The notes under the pieces: generated by a model | Seen by the model: the letters and a program-made list of their open reading frames with translations, nothing else | Told to the model about the DNA's origin: nothing | Databases searched by the model: none | NCBI GenBank assembly: GCA_964590575.1 | Contig: CAZPWM010000002.1 | Span: forward strand, 1-64,000 | Length of the DNA stretch: 64,000 nt | Direction: 5' to 3' | Source: an uncultured archaeon | GTDB taxonomy: Archaea > Asgardarchaeota > Thorarchaeia > Thorarchaeales > Thorarchaeaceae | Shown: positions 20,075-29,892 of the stretch, piece after piece | How positions within the stretch are numbered: position 1 is the stretch's first letter | How the letters are laid out: each line of letters begins with the position of its first letter | Made by a program: the position numbers and the translations under genes

Positions 20075-20872
20075 TTACCCTGTACATGTTGCTTGAACAA
20101 AATAAACTGGATCTGCTTTTGAATACTCAAATCCCATGTTCTCGTATAGTTTCTGGGCTGGAGTGTTTTCCGCAAAATAATGTAGAATTACTTGTTCCGA
20201 ATTCTCAAGAACTTCTTCCACAACTGCTTTCAAGCATGCTGCAGCGTACCCCTTTCTTCTATGCTTTGGATGTGTAGCGATATTTCCTATCTCTGTACCG
20301 TAAGGAGTGACATAATGCACTCCCGCGACAGCCATTATTGATTGGTCATCCTCTATAATTCCATAGAATGGTCCAAGGTTCATAGCATTAGGGGTCCATG
20401 CTGGCGTACCACTTAGTCGGTATAGCTCTTTGAGCTGTTCAACATCCTTCATAGAAAGCCTGACCGGCTTTGTCTTGCAATCACATTGAAGTTGCGTTGT
20501 TCTGTCAGCAATCATCTGTCTTTCTTCAATTGGTTTCAGAATTACACAAGCTTCGCCAAATTGATCAAGTTGTTCTTTCGTACAGATTGCTATGAACTCT
20601 TTTCCAACCAACCTTTCTGAATAATCTTCCATTATTTGTCGTAGTGACTCCACATTCCTGCACCAAAATGCTGTTGCCAAGAAATCCAAATCACTGTAGA
20701 GTGAAAACATAGCATCAATTCTGCCATTTTCCACTAATACCCGAACATCGCACCAATCTTTCAGTTGTGTACAATCAGCAATCAACACGATATTGGATAG
20801 TGAATCCTCTGATAGAATACTGAGCACATCATCAATTAGGTCATCTGAGAGTGTTTGGATTTGTGCGACCAT
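20075..20872 (-). CDS. GNAT family N-acetyltransferase
   Basis: IATHPKHRRKGYA and NTPAQKLYENMGF motifs. Confidence 0.85.
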   Translation of the reverse strand: MVAQIQTLSDDLIDDVLSILSEDSLSNIVLIADCTQLKDWCDVRVLVENGRIDAMFSLYSDLDFLATAFWCRNVESLRQIMEDYSERLVGKEFIAICTKEQLDQFGEACVILKPIEERQMIADRTTQLQCDCKTKPVRLSMKDVEQLKELYRLSGTPAWTPNAMNLGPFYGIIEDDQSIMAVAGVHYVTPYGTEIGNIATHPKHRRKGYAAACLKAVVEEVLENSEQVILHYFAENTPAQKLYENMGFEYSKADPVYFVQATCTG

Positions 20873-20937
20873 AAGTCAATTTAGAACCCTTCTCCTTTTA
20901 TCAATGGCTATCCAAATAAGAACTACAGGTGTGAATC

Positions 20938-21420
20938 ATGTGTCTAGAGATTAACCCAATTGGTGTGATTAGAACACCATTCAAATCTAGTGATAAAATT
21001 CCAATCCAATCAAGCAAGTCTGACACAATTGCTGAAGTTGAAGTGTTCCCAGAATTCTCTGAGGGACTTGATTCATTGGATGGATTCTCGCACGTCATCT
21101 TATTGTACTGGTTTCATAAAGTCCGACCTCACAAATTGAAAATCATACCATATCTGGAAACAAAGGAAAGAGGTCTTTTCTCCACGCGCGCACCATCGCG
21201 TCCTAATCCTATAGGACTCTCTATTGGCAAGATAATCCAAATCAAAGAGAATATTGTGATATTTAAGGGGGCCGACATGCTGAATGACACTCCACTCATC
21301 GATATCAAACCCTTTGTTCCTGAGTTTGACAATCGATTAGATGCTACTTCCGGGTGGCTTACTGACTCGTTCTGTTCTGAAAAGCACGATTATCTCGGTG
21401 ATGATAGATTTCTAGATTGA
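20938..21420 (+). CDS. trmO: tRNA t6A37 N6-methyltransferase TrmO/TsaA family
   Basis: GLFSTRAPSRPNPIGLS and DTPLIDIKPF motifs. Confidence 0.88.
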   Translation: MCLEINPIGVIRTPFKSSDKIPIQSSKSDTIAEVEVFPEFSEGLDSLDGFSHVILLYWFHKVRPHKLKIIPYLETKERGLFSTRAPSRPNPIGLSIGKIIQIKENIVIFKGADMLNDTPLIDIKPFVPEFDNRLDATSGWLTDSFCSEKHDYLGDDRFLD

Positions 21421-21440
21421 GAATCCACAAAAGTTGAATA

Positions 21441-21518
21441 TTACCAATCGTCATCATCATTCCACTCATCGTCATCCCAATCTTCTTCTTCCCATAGATC
21501 ATCATCATCGAAGTGCAT
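21441..21518 (-). CDS. Acidic Trp-containing micropeptide MHFDDDDLWEEEDWDDDEWNDDDDW (25 aa)
   Basis: GGTGA SD upstream; same MHFDDDDxW start and DDW end as 16324-16404. Confidence 0.7.
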   Translation of the reverse strand: MHFDDDDLWEEEDWDDDEWNDDDDW

Positions 21519-21583
21519 TCTTTCACCACAGCAATGTGCCATCAACTAGAATAATGCACAATGGAACTTTAATGGATCTCTGA

Positions 21584-22396
21584 TTAAAACACATCCAAAT
21601 CATGCCCCGACACGACTTCTCCATTATATTGTTCTGACACTTCTGATATCAGGTCCTCTTCTGTTTGCCCCCATAGAAGTTGGTGATACATCACTAGCAA
21701 TCCCGGCTTAACCAGATTGGCTATCTCGGCTAATTCATGTGATGATGTATGAACTGTTGAATGGTACTTCTGCCAACCTTCTGGCCGACTCTCTAGTCCA
21801 ACCGCAGAATACACCTCATGAATCAGAACGTCACAGCCCTTCGCAATATCAACAAGATTCTGAGTAGGACTTGTATCTCCTGAAATTACAACTGTTCTAT
21901 CGGGAGCTTCAAACTTGTATCCATATGATTCCAATGAACCATGATCGACTTGGAATGCCTCAATCTCAATGAAATCGTCCTGGTAGATATGCCCCTCGGA
22001 TATCTCATGTGTATTCACAATATATGAAAATCTCTCAGCGGGTTCTAAGCCAAGAACACGTTCATTGATATCCACCTCATAAGCAGCCATGATGTGTCTA
22101 GTCATGTCAGTGAGACCCTTTGGCCCATACACTTCCAAAGGCTCAGTCCTTCCAGCAACCCCTGGAGTGAAGATGAGGTCTGGGTATCCGATAGTATGGT
22201 CTGAGTGTAGATGTGTTAGAAATGCTCTGGTGAGCTTAGTCACTTGGATGCCTGCTTTTGCTGCTCTTCTTACCACACCAGTTCCGAAATCTATGATGTA
22301 CACAGACTCGTCAACTGTTATTGCCACCGAGGGTCCGGACTTGTCTACCTCTGGATTTGGAGTTCCAGTCCCCAAGAGAATGACTTTACTCACCAA
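21584..22396 (-). CDS. RNase Z/AtsA-like MBL-fold hydrolase
   Basis: LLGTGTP, THLHSDH, SGDT, LIHEV, HTS motifs. Confidence 0.85.
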   Translation of the reverse strand: MVSKVILLGTGTPNPEVDKSGPSVAITVDESVYIIDFGTGVVRRAAKAGIQVTKLTRAFLTHLHSDHTIGYPDLIFTPGVAGRTEPLEVYGPKGLTDMTRHIMAAYEVDINERVLGLEPAERFSYIVNTHEISEGHIYQDDFIEIEAFQVDHGSLESYGYKFEAPDRTVVISGDTSPTQNLVDIAKGCDVLIHEVYSAVGLESRPEGWQKYHSTVHTSSHELAEIANLVKPGLLVMYHQLLWGQTEEDLISEVSEQYNGEVVSGHDLDVF

Positions 22397-22430
22397 TTAC
22401 ACAACCTCCTAGTACAGGGCTGCAGTTGGA

Positions 22431-22871
22431 TTATTGTTCCTCGTGTTTTACTAAGTTATCCAAAACTCGCTGAAGATACGTTTCAAACTGGTCCATCTCT
22501 TCAGGTTGAAAGCCTCTGTAGAAGATATTGGTCATCTTCTTTGAAACCTCAATGTATACGTTCAGCATTTGTCTAGTCTTCTCAGTCAACTCAATCAGAA
22601 CCTTACGACGGTCCTCCTCTGATTGTACACGTCTAACAAGTCTGGCACTCTCAAGACTGTCTAACAGCTCACTCAGCGTTGATTTTCGAAGAAGTGTCTT
22701 CTTGATTAGTTTGTTTATTGGCACTCCATCCTCTTGCCAAAGTGCAAACAGGATTCTCCCCTGTCCTGGACCGATGTCGAGACCGCGCTCCTTCAATAGT
22801 TCTGAGAAGACTCTCCTTCCAAGATGATGAATCTGCGTTACTAGAAAACCGCCTGATCTCTGAGACATCAT
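22431..22871 (-). CDS. MarR family transcriptional regulator
   Basis: Winged HTH with DRRKVLIELT. Confidence 0.9.
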   Translation of the reverse strand: MMSQRSGGFLVTQIHHLGRRVFSELLKERGLDIGPGQGRILFALWQEDGVPINKLIKKTLLRKSTLSELLDSLESARLVRRVQSEEDRRKVLIELTEKTRQMLNVYIEVSKKMTNIFYRGFQPEEMDQFETYLQRVLDNLVKHEEQ

Positions 22872-23356
22872 TGTACATCACCTAGTTCTAGTTTGAATGT
22901 ACTACTACCAGTCCAGCCCCTAGCTACCTTTGGTATGATTTTCAATACGGTATGGTCAGGGTCATCGTACCCCTTGGGGTAGTATCTTTCCCACCCCTCA
23001 TGCCACATTTTCTTCTTCAGGTCCGAATCTTCAACAACCTCAATCTCTCCTCCAAACATAACCCCTTGCCAGTCATCAGGATTACAGTAGTAGACCGAGG
23101 TTTTGGGTCTTAATCTAATATCCTCGATTTTTGTAGAGCTTGTATTGGTCGTAAAAATAATCAAGAAATCGTCCTTGTGCTCATCGAAAATCGATGTCAG
23201 TTTTGGGAATCGTTCCTTGTTTCGAAGATTGAACATCGCCCGGGTCTGAGGATATCCTTTCTCATCAACCGTTGTTAGATATGCTGGCCAGCCTGTATCC
23301 AACAGGTTCAGACACATCTCTCTGATATCTTTCTCATCCAACGGAAACAGCCTCAA
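22868..23356 (-). CDS. Pyridoxamine 5'-phosphate oxidase-like FMN-binding (general stress) protein
   Basis: LTTVDEKGYPQTRAM, TNTSSTK, YYPKGYDDPD. Confidence 0.8.
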   Translation of the reverse strand: MRLFPLDEKDIREMCLNLLDTGWPAYLTTVDEKGYPQTRAMFNLRNKERFPKLTSIFDEHKDDFLIIFTTNTSSTKIEDIRLRPKTSVYYCNPDDWQGVMFGGEIEVVEDSDLKKKMWHEGWERYYPKGYDDPDHTVLKIIPKVARGWTGSSTFKLELGDVQ

Positions 23357-23395
23357 CTAGTTCGGAACCTAATCAACTAGTTCGGAACCTAACTA
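23353..23395. promoter_or_regulatory. Tandem 20-bp repeat containing MarR-type palindromes
   Basis: TCAACTAGTTCGGAACCTAA x2; TAGTT-N8-AACTA inverted repeat at 23378-23395. Confidence 0.65.
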
Positions 23396-23482
23396 ATATA
23401 GCTTTTGGTCAATGAAATCTGCCGCCTTATATACAATACAAGAGCGATATTTTACCATCATCTTATATACTAACTAAGAAAG

Positions 23483-23797
23483 GTGCGTTTTATGACCGAA
23501 TTTAGATATGAAGAAACAAAACAATTAGCAAAGCAAGTTCTTACTGAACTGGACCTTCCGGAGCAGACCTACACAAGATGTCTGGCTATCTTGGATGATC
23601 GCAGAACAAAGGATATCCTAACGGAGCAAAATGCAGACGGAATCATCGCTGGAGCAATCTATATTGCTGGTATTCTGACCGACTATCGACTCACCCAACA
23701 ATCATTGGCTGATGTGATGGACATCTCCAAAGCTACTATCGGCAAGTACTATGCAATGCTTGTTAAAGTGTTAGAAATCAAGAAGAAAAAGAACTAG
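23483..23797 (+). CDS. Stand-alone TFB/TFIIB cyclin-fold repeat protein
   Basis: GIIAGAIYIAG...RLTQQSLADVMDISKATIGKYY matches the TFB C-terminal repeat/HTH. Confidence 0.75.
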   Translation: MRFMTEFRYEETKQLAKQVLTELDLPEQTYTRCLAILDDRRTKDILTEQNADGIIAGAIYIAGILTDYRLTQQSLADVMDISKATIGKYYAMLVKVLEIKKKKN

Positions 23798-23997
23798 GTG
23801 TCCTTCTCTTCGTTTCTCTGGTAAAAGTTGTCTAGTATACGGACGTCTTCGAATTCGTTGCTCATGTCTATCTAGGCCTCGTCCAAGTAGATTGTAGTAT
23901 GAAAGTGGCCCCGAGATCATTTCGAACTACTATTCATATATAATTAATCTCTAATATAATGATAATTTATTGAATTTAAGATTACAAAAAGAGGGGT

Positions 23998-24023
23998 GAG
24001 GAAGCAGACTAGTCTGCTTCCTC
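23998..24023 (-). terminator. Perfect 26-bp palindrome followed by T-tract
   Basis: GAGGAAGCAGACTAGTCTGCTTCCTC just after the stop of 24037-24984. Confidence 0.6.
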
Positions 24024-24036
24024 TGATGGTGTACTA

Positions 24037-24984
24037 CTAACGTTTCCTGAGCAGTACAACTGCCAGGATTACTATGACTGCGGCTCCAGCCACTATTCCA
24101 AGAGTCATCGGATCAAGCACAAGACCTGATTCGGAGGGAAGAATACCAAGAATTGGGTCATACTCAAGAGTTTCATTACCGAAGTTCTCGAAGGAGAGAA
24201 AGATAGCATTACCTGAATAGTCTCCTGAGGGTTCACCATAGCTGGCTTTCACCTGCAGACTGTTGTTTGCTGCAAGAGCTGTTTCATTATACTCAAAGTA
24301 CCCGTTCTCAAACTGGAACTTTGTACCATCTCGCTGGAATCCGGATGGGTCCGTATCACCTTGATTCTGTCCATGGGCACTCTCAGTCACTGTGAACATG
24401 AGAACAAGGAGAGAATCCTCGTAGGTCCAGCTCCAACCTTCAACAATAAGATCGAACTTGAACTCACCCGGTCTTTCAAGATACATGTGCACATTGACAC
24501 TCACATTCACATCGAAGGCTGGTAGACTGGGTAGGTTACCATAGTCCATCCCTGTGCCTTCTGGACGGGGATCAAAGGTTGCTTCTGTGGTGAAGTTGAA
24601 ATGCACTTCGGTAGTGTTTCCATCATCTTCCACAGTTTCAAAACCACTGAAGTCCCACCCTGCTGTAGGAAGTGCGAATGGAGCACCAATCATTGTGTCA
24701 ACGCCATTGTCGTAGACATCATTTGCGTTGGTGTCATTAGCCTCAAACATTCTGGCAAACATGACATGATAGTCTATAGTTGGAGTGTTAGGGTCCCACC
24801 AGTGAAAGTGTGGGGCTTGATCGTTTCCTGTGACCTTGATAGCAATATCATCTGTTTCTAGTGATACGATACCAGCGGAGTGTTGGTATAGAATTCCTGT
24901 GCCCTGCGCGGCAGCAAGCGGCACTCCCATCCCAATTATCATGAGAGCAAAGAGTGCAATTGATGTTTTTTTGTATGTGTTCAT
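24037..24984 (-). CDS. Secreted, C-terminally anchored surface glycoprotein
   Basis: Signal peptide (…PLAAA), several NxS/T sites, C-terminal TM followed by RKR. Confidence 0.8.
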   Translation of the reverse strand: MNTYKKTSIALFALMIIGMGVPLAAAQGTGILYQHSAGIVSLETDDIAIKVTGNDQAPHFHWWDPNTPTIDYHVMFARMFEANDTNANDVYDNGVDTMIGAPFALPTAGWDFSGFETVEDDGNTTEVHFNFTTEATFDPRPEGTGMDYGNLPSLPAFDVNVSVNVHMYLERPGEFKFDLIVEGWSWTYEDSLLVLMFTVTESAHGQNQGDTDPSGFQRDGTKFQFENGYFEYNETALAANNSLQVKASYGEPSGDYSGNAIFLSFENFGNETLEYDPILGILPSESGLVLDPMTLGIVAGAAVIVILAVVLLRKR

Positions 24985-25127
24985 TAAATCACCAAGATAA
25001 TCCGTGAATTATTACTATTAAAGGAGTGTTGAACAGCAAGGGTTCGACCTCATACGTAAAAGGCCTATAAATCCATAATATCACGTTTAAAGGTTTATGA
25101 ACACTTAAAATCCTTTGATGGACTCAA

Positions 25128-27131
25128 TCACTTACCAAGTAACCCTCGCGCCTTTTCGAGGACATTCTCCACAGTGAATCCATAGGCTTTGAAGACTGCC
25201 TCCGAGGGTGCAGATTTCCCGAATTTGTCTACTGCAATGATGTCGCCTATATCACCCACCCATTTCTTCCAACCCTGAGAAACTCCTGCCTCCACAACAA
25301 GACGAGTTTTAACATTGGGGAGAAGCACAGAATCACGATACTCTTGGCTCTGACTCTCAAACAATTCCCAGCTTGGGAATGAAACAAGCCGTACACTAAT
25401 TCCTTCTGCATGCAATTTCTCTCCAGCTTCCACAATCAATGAAACCTCAGAACCAGTAGCCATCAGAATAATCTCTGGCTTCTCTCCGAGATCCGCAAGC
25501 ACGTATGCACCTTTCCGTAGACCAGATGCAGGAGTAAATTTACTCCGGTCCAAGATAGGAATATTTTGTCTTGTGAGTGCCATGAGAGTTGGACCATGAA
25601 TTCGTTCTATAGCAATCTTCCATGCTTCGACCACCTCATTTGCATCTCCTGGTCTTATCACAACAAGTTCTGGAATAGCTCTCAATGATGCTATCTGTTC
25701 TACTGGTTGATGAGTAGGGCCATCTTCTCCAACACCGATGCTATCGTGTGTAAAGACCCAGATGCTTCTATATTTAGAAAGTGCTGACAAACGGATTGCA
25801 GGACGCATATAATCCGAGAATATGAGAAATGTCCCGCAGAATGGAATCAATCCCCCATGAGCTGCCATTCCATTCACGGTCGCACTCATTGCATGCTCGC
25901 GCACACCATAGTGAATATTTCGTCCAGTAGGTGAATCCGCTTGGAATGAGGGGCTATCATTAATCCATGTTTTGTTTGATGGAGTCAGATCGGCAGAACC
26001 GCCAATCATCTCTGGCAATTTGAGGGCGAGAGCGTTGATGACTTTTCCAGAAGCACCTCGTGTTGCGAGAGGGCCTTCCTTTGCACTAAAACTTGGTAAT
26101 TCACTGTCCCATCCCTCCGCGAGTTCACCTTTCATTCTTCGTTCTAGTTCAGCTGCTAGTTCGGGATACGACTTCTTGTATGCATCAAATTGCTTGTTCC
26201 ACTCATTCTCTTTTTCAGCTCCGCCTTTCCCTATCTTGTGATAATAATCTAGAACATCATCAGGGACATAGAACATTGGTTCTTGAGGCCAACCAAGTTT
26301 CTTCTTGGCACCTGCTAGTTCTTCTTCACCTGCAGGTTCACCATGTGCTTTTGCAGTGTCCTGTTTGTTGGGCATACCGTACCCAATATGTGTCCTACAG
26401 AGAATCAGCGATGGTCGAGGATCCTTCTTAGCGTTCTCGATGGCTTTGTCTACCGCATCTACATCATTCCCATCATTGATATGTTGAATGTGCCATCCAA
26501 ACGCTTCGAAACGTGCTCCTCTATCTTCAGAGAATGTCAGATTCGTACTTCCATCAATTGAGATGAGATTGTCATCATATAGGAGTATTAACTTACCAAG
26601 ACGAAGGTGTCCAGCAAGAGAAGCCGCCTCAGAAGAGAGCCCCTCCATCAGATCTCCATCTGTAACAATGGCATAGATATAGTGGTCCACTATCTTGTGG
26701 TCTGGTCTGTTGAAAATAGCTGCTAAATGAGCCTCTGCTATCGCCATACCTACTGAGTTTGCAAGACCTTGCCCAAGTGGTCCTGTGGTGACTTCAACTC
26801 CGGGAGTGCAGAAGTTCTCAGGATGACCTGGAGTCTTGCTGCCTAATTGCCTGAACTCCATAATATCTTCCTTACTGATTTTGTAACCAGTCAGATACAA
26901 TAAGGAATAGAGCAGCATTGATCCATGACCACCAGAGAGGATGAAACGATCTCGGTCCCACCAGTCTGGATTCTTTGGGTTAAAGCGAAGATGTCGAGTC
27001 CATAGGGTATATGCCAGTGCAGCTGCGCCCATTGGCATTCCTGGATGCCCTGAATTTGCACGTTGAACAGCATCTGCAGACAAGAAACGAATAGTATTGA
27101 TTGAACGATTTTCAAGAGTTGCATCAGGCAT
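25128..27131 (-). CDS. tkt: Transketolase, single-chain bacterial type
   Basis: [38 protein letters not shown]. Confidence 0.95.
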   Translation of the reverse strand: MPDATLENRSINTIRFLSADAVQRANSGHPGMPMGAAALAYTLWTRHLRFNPKNPDWWDRDRFILSGGHGSMLLYSLLYLTGYKISKEDIMEFRQLGSKTPGHPENFCTPGVEVTTGPLGQGLANSVGMAIAEAHLAAIFNRPDHKIVDHYIYAIVTDGDLMEGLSSEAASLAGHLRLGKLILLYDDNLISIDGSTNLTFSEDRGARFEAFGWHIQHINDGNDVDAVDKAIENAKKDPRPSLILCRTHIGYGMPNKQDTAKAHGEPAGEEELAGAKKKLGWPQEPMFYVPDDVLDYYHKIGKGGAEKENEWNKQFDAYKKSYPELAAELERRMKGELAEGWDSELPSFSAKEGPLATRGASGKVINALALKLPEMIGGSADLTPSNKTWINDSPSFQADSPTGRNIHYGVREHAMSATVNGMAAHGGLIPFCGTFLIFSDYMRPAIRLSALSKYRSIWVFTHDSIGVGEDGPTHQPVEQIASLRAIPELVVIRPGDANEVVEAWKIAIERIHGPTLMALTRQNIPILDRSKFTPASGLRKGAYVLADLGEKPEIILMATGSEVSLIVEAGEKLHAEGISVRLVSFPSWELFESQSQEYRDSVLLPNVKTRLVVEAGVSQGWKKWVGDIGDIIAVDKFGKSAPSEAVFKAYGFTVENVLEKARGLLGK

Positions 27132-27222
27132 CAGGTCTGTCTCCTTGTACGATTCTGGATATAATTAGGCGACTTAACGTTTCGACTTCTTATTGATTGT
27201 TGTGCTTCACTCGTAGATTAAC

Positions 27223-27792
27223 TCAAGGTTTACCAACTTCAGTTCCAGGAGGATACTCTTTGAGAAACTCTTCTTTGAGTATGTCCATCATAATAAAGTC
27301 TTGAAACGCACCTTTTACGAAAGCCGCCTGACGATGAACTCCTACATTCTTGAAACCCGCCTTCTCATAGGCCCGTTGTCCACGCTCATTGATATCTAGT
27401 GTAATGAGAAAGACACTATTGAGCCCTAGAATATGGAACGCAATCCAGAGCATCACACGAGTTGAGTCTGTACCATAACCTTTCCCAAGATTCTCTGGAT
27501 TGTGAATCGCAATTCCCAACTCAGCTCGTTTGTGTTGCTTGGAGATATTGAAGAGACTCACTGTTCCAAGAAACTCACCAGTTTTCTTTTCCTCAATAGC
27601 CAGTGTCATTCCACCATCTCGCCAAGGATCCATCGTAGTAGCGCGCTCCAACCACTGGCGTTCTGCTTGTTTGGACATAGGTATCTGGTGGTTCAAATAC
27701 TGTCGCAACTCGAGGTTGTTCCAGTGTTTCAAAATGTCTTCAAGATCATCCATCTCAAGTGCCCTTAGACGGACCTTCTCACCATAATACAT
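27223..27792 (-). CDS. RimJ/RimL-type GNAT acetyltransferase
   Basis: AELGIAI, GKGYGT, NERGQRAYEKAGF. Confidence 0.85.
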   Translation of the reverse strand: MYYGEKVRLRALEMDDLEDILKHWNNLELRQYLNHQIPMSKQAERQWLERATTMDPWRDGGMTLAIEEKKTGEFLGTVSLFNISKQHKRAELGIAIHNPENLGKGYGTDSTRVMLWIAFHILGLNSVFLITLDINERGQRAYEKAGFKNVGVHRQAAFVKGAFQDFIMMDILKEEFLKEYPPGTEVGKP

Positions 27793-27882
27793 GGTCTTTA
27801 CCTAGAAGAGGTTGAAAATAAAGATGTCCCATAAACAGCACTGTTCGATACACTCTTTACACATCAAACCAAAAGATGAAAA

Positions 27883-28500
27883 ATGGAGGTCCAATTCGTG
27901 AGTCCTCGGAAAGAATTTTTTCATGAGCCACTTGTCAGGGTTGATTTTCTGAAGGCACGTTTTCCCAAGACCTGTCCAGTCTGTGGAGCTCCTGCAACTA
28001 AAGTTGTCCGTATGAAAATCGTCAAGGATGGGAAACAAGATCTACGACGCTCATGGGGGTATACTTACGGTCCTTACGTACGACATAGATATGACCAACA
28101 ACTTTCTGAGATTAAAGTACTCCCAATTCAAGTTTGCGAGGACCATGCCAATCCAGATGATGGTACTGATAGATACCAATCTCTGTGCCTGATTTTAGAT
28201 GGACTTCTCATGGCTTTTGTAGTCTTTAGTCTACTAATTATCGGTGATAGACTCGCAAGAGCTCGTCCAATCTCTTTCTGGCCTTTTTTCTTCATAGGTT
28301 TCTTCGGTTTCGCTTTGCTACTATCGAAAGTCGCATTTAGCCCAAATGTACTGGAAAAGGCAGTGCGTATAATCGGATTTGATCCCGGAATGCAGAATGT
28401 ATTGCTTGCTTTCAAACGGTCAGATTATCGGGACCAATTCTTGAATGAAAACCAGATGACTGCAGAATTAGTCACTTGGATTCTACGAACAGATAATTAG
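27883..28500 (+). CDS. Hypothetical membrane protein with putative Zn site
   Basis: FPKTCPVCG...VCEDH followed by two TM helices. Confidence 0.65.
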   Translation: MEVQFVSPRKEFFHEPLVRVDFLKARFPKTCPVCGAPATKVVRMKIVKDGKQDLRRSWGYTYGPYVRHRYDQQLSEIKVLPIQVCEDHANPDDGTDRYQSLCLILDGLLMAFVVFSLLIIGDRLARARPISFWPFFFIGFFGFALLLSKVAFSPNVLEKAVRIIGFDPGMQNVLLAFKRSDYRDQFLNENQMTAELVTWILRTDN

Positions 28501-28528
28501 GAGAAATTGCAGCAGAGGAAAAATCAGC

Positions 28529-28566
28529 ATGAAGTGCTTACTTTACTTCCATCATAAGCACTTCAT
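28529..28566. terminator. 12-bp perfect inverted repeat between convergent genes
   Basis: ATGAAGTGCTTA-N14-TAAGCACTTCAT. Confidence 0.5.
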
Positions 28567-28639
28567 CGAGTGTGTGGTAACGTCGTTTTGAATTGTCGTT
28601 GAGTGAACTGAACAATTCAATCTAATTCGTCAATGAACT

Positions 28640-29020
28640 TTAGAGCTTTAGTTCAGCTTCACTCTTCCAGAGACCGTGAATATTACAATAGGATGTTGCC
28701 ATCAAGGTACCTGGTTTACCGGTCTTGAAGACAAAATTGGCAACAGGTTCGCTATAGATTCCATTAGTATCAGGACCTTTTGCACTTTCTCCGTGGTGAT
28801 CAAAAGTTGCGTATCCGATCTCGCAAGGAAAGTTCTCTCCCTCTGGCCAGAAGAAAAGATCCAACCATTTTATGTGGTGATTTGTTGTGTTAGGATGTGC
28901 AATCTCCTTGCCAACAGAAACCATGACAGTGACTTTTCCATCTTCGACCTTCTTAATCTCAATCACAGGAACGTGTTTCTCGCTTTTCCAATCAGCAGTC
29001 TGTATCCATTTCTTTGACAT
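28640..29020 (-). CDS. sor: Superoxide reductase (1Fe, neelaredoxin-type)
   Basis: EKHVP, HPNTTNHHI, CNIHGLW. Confidence 0.9.
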   Translation of the reverse strand: MSKKWIQTADWKSEKHVPVIEIKKVEDGKVTVMVSVGKEIAHPNTTNHHIKWLDLFFWPEGENFPCEIGYATFDHHGESAKGPDTNGIYSEPVANFVFKTGKPGTLMATSYCNIHGLWKSEAELKL

Positions 29021-29217
29021 TGTTCCCTACCTCAATACTGATAGTGCAACAGCTGATTATTCAGACTGCGCACACTAGTTCTTATGTTTAGTCTGTTAAA
29101 AAAGTGTGGTTAAGACCGTTAACGGCTCACCACTAGTGTTACTCCACTCATAAGCTCAAGGTTATATACGTCCTCTTTTATCGGACAGGTGTTGGTACCG
29201 TGGAAGGTGTCTAAAAG

Positions 29218-29760
29218 ATGGAGATGGAGTATTTTCACCCATCAGGTAAGAATTCTGCAATCAATATAGCTCTGCTTGCCATAATGACTGCACTTGTAAC
29301 AATTATGACTCTTGTTATCCAGATTCCATATCCCGGAACAAGTGGTTACTTCAACTTTGGAGATACCATGGTGATGCTAGCTGGTCTTCTCCTCGGACCC
29401 GTTGGTGGTTTCTTTGCTGGTGGAATTGGGTCCGCGCTTGCCGATATGATTAGTGGCTACACGTTCTATGCACCAATCACCCTCATTGTCAAGGGTTTCG
29501 AAGGTATGGCTATTGGCGTTTTTAGCTTTAAAGTTAAGAAACAAGTCTGGCTTAGTAAATGGGACATTGTTGGTGTTCTAGTTGCAGCATTTATCATGTT
29601 GACCGGATACTTTGTTGCACAGGTCATTCTTTTTGGGGTAGCAGTCGCTATTGGAGAGCTTGTAACTGTAAACCTAGCTCAGGTTGCTATCGGTGGTGCA
29701 GTAGCTCTCTTGATTGGTCCACCCATCAGATCCTACCTCCGTACTGTGAACCCTCAATAA
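29218..29760 (+). CDS. ECF transporter S component
   Basis: GYFNFGD, GGIGSALAD, APITLIVKG. Confidence 0.85.
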   Translation: MEMEYFHPSGKNSAINIALLAIMTALVTIMTLVIQIPYPGTSGYFNFGDTMVMLAGLLLGPVGGFFAGGIGSALADMISGYTFYAPITLIVKGFEGMAIGVFSFKVKKQVWLSKWDIVGVLVAAFIMLTGYFVAQVILFGVAVAIGELVTVNLAQVAIGGAVALLIGPPIRSYLRTVNPQ

Positions 29761-29892
29761 CTCGCGCTTCTAGAGGAATATGTCAATAAGCCTATAGAAG
29801 TGTAGAGGAATTTTAATGTCGGAATCGTTTTTTAGGATGTAAAATCCTCCGAACCTGTGGTCGTTTAGGCCATATTTAATTGCTTAAATAAA

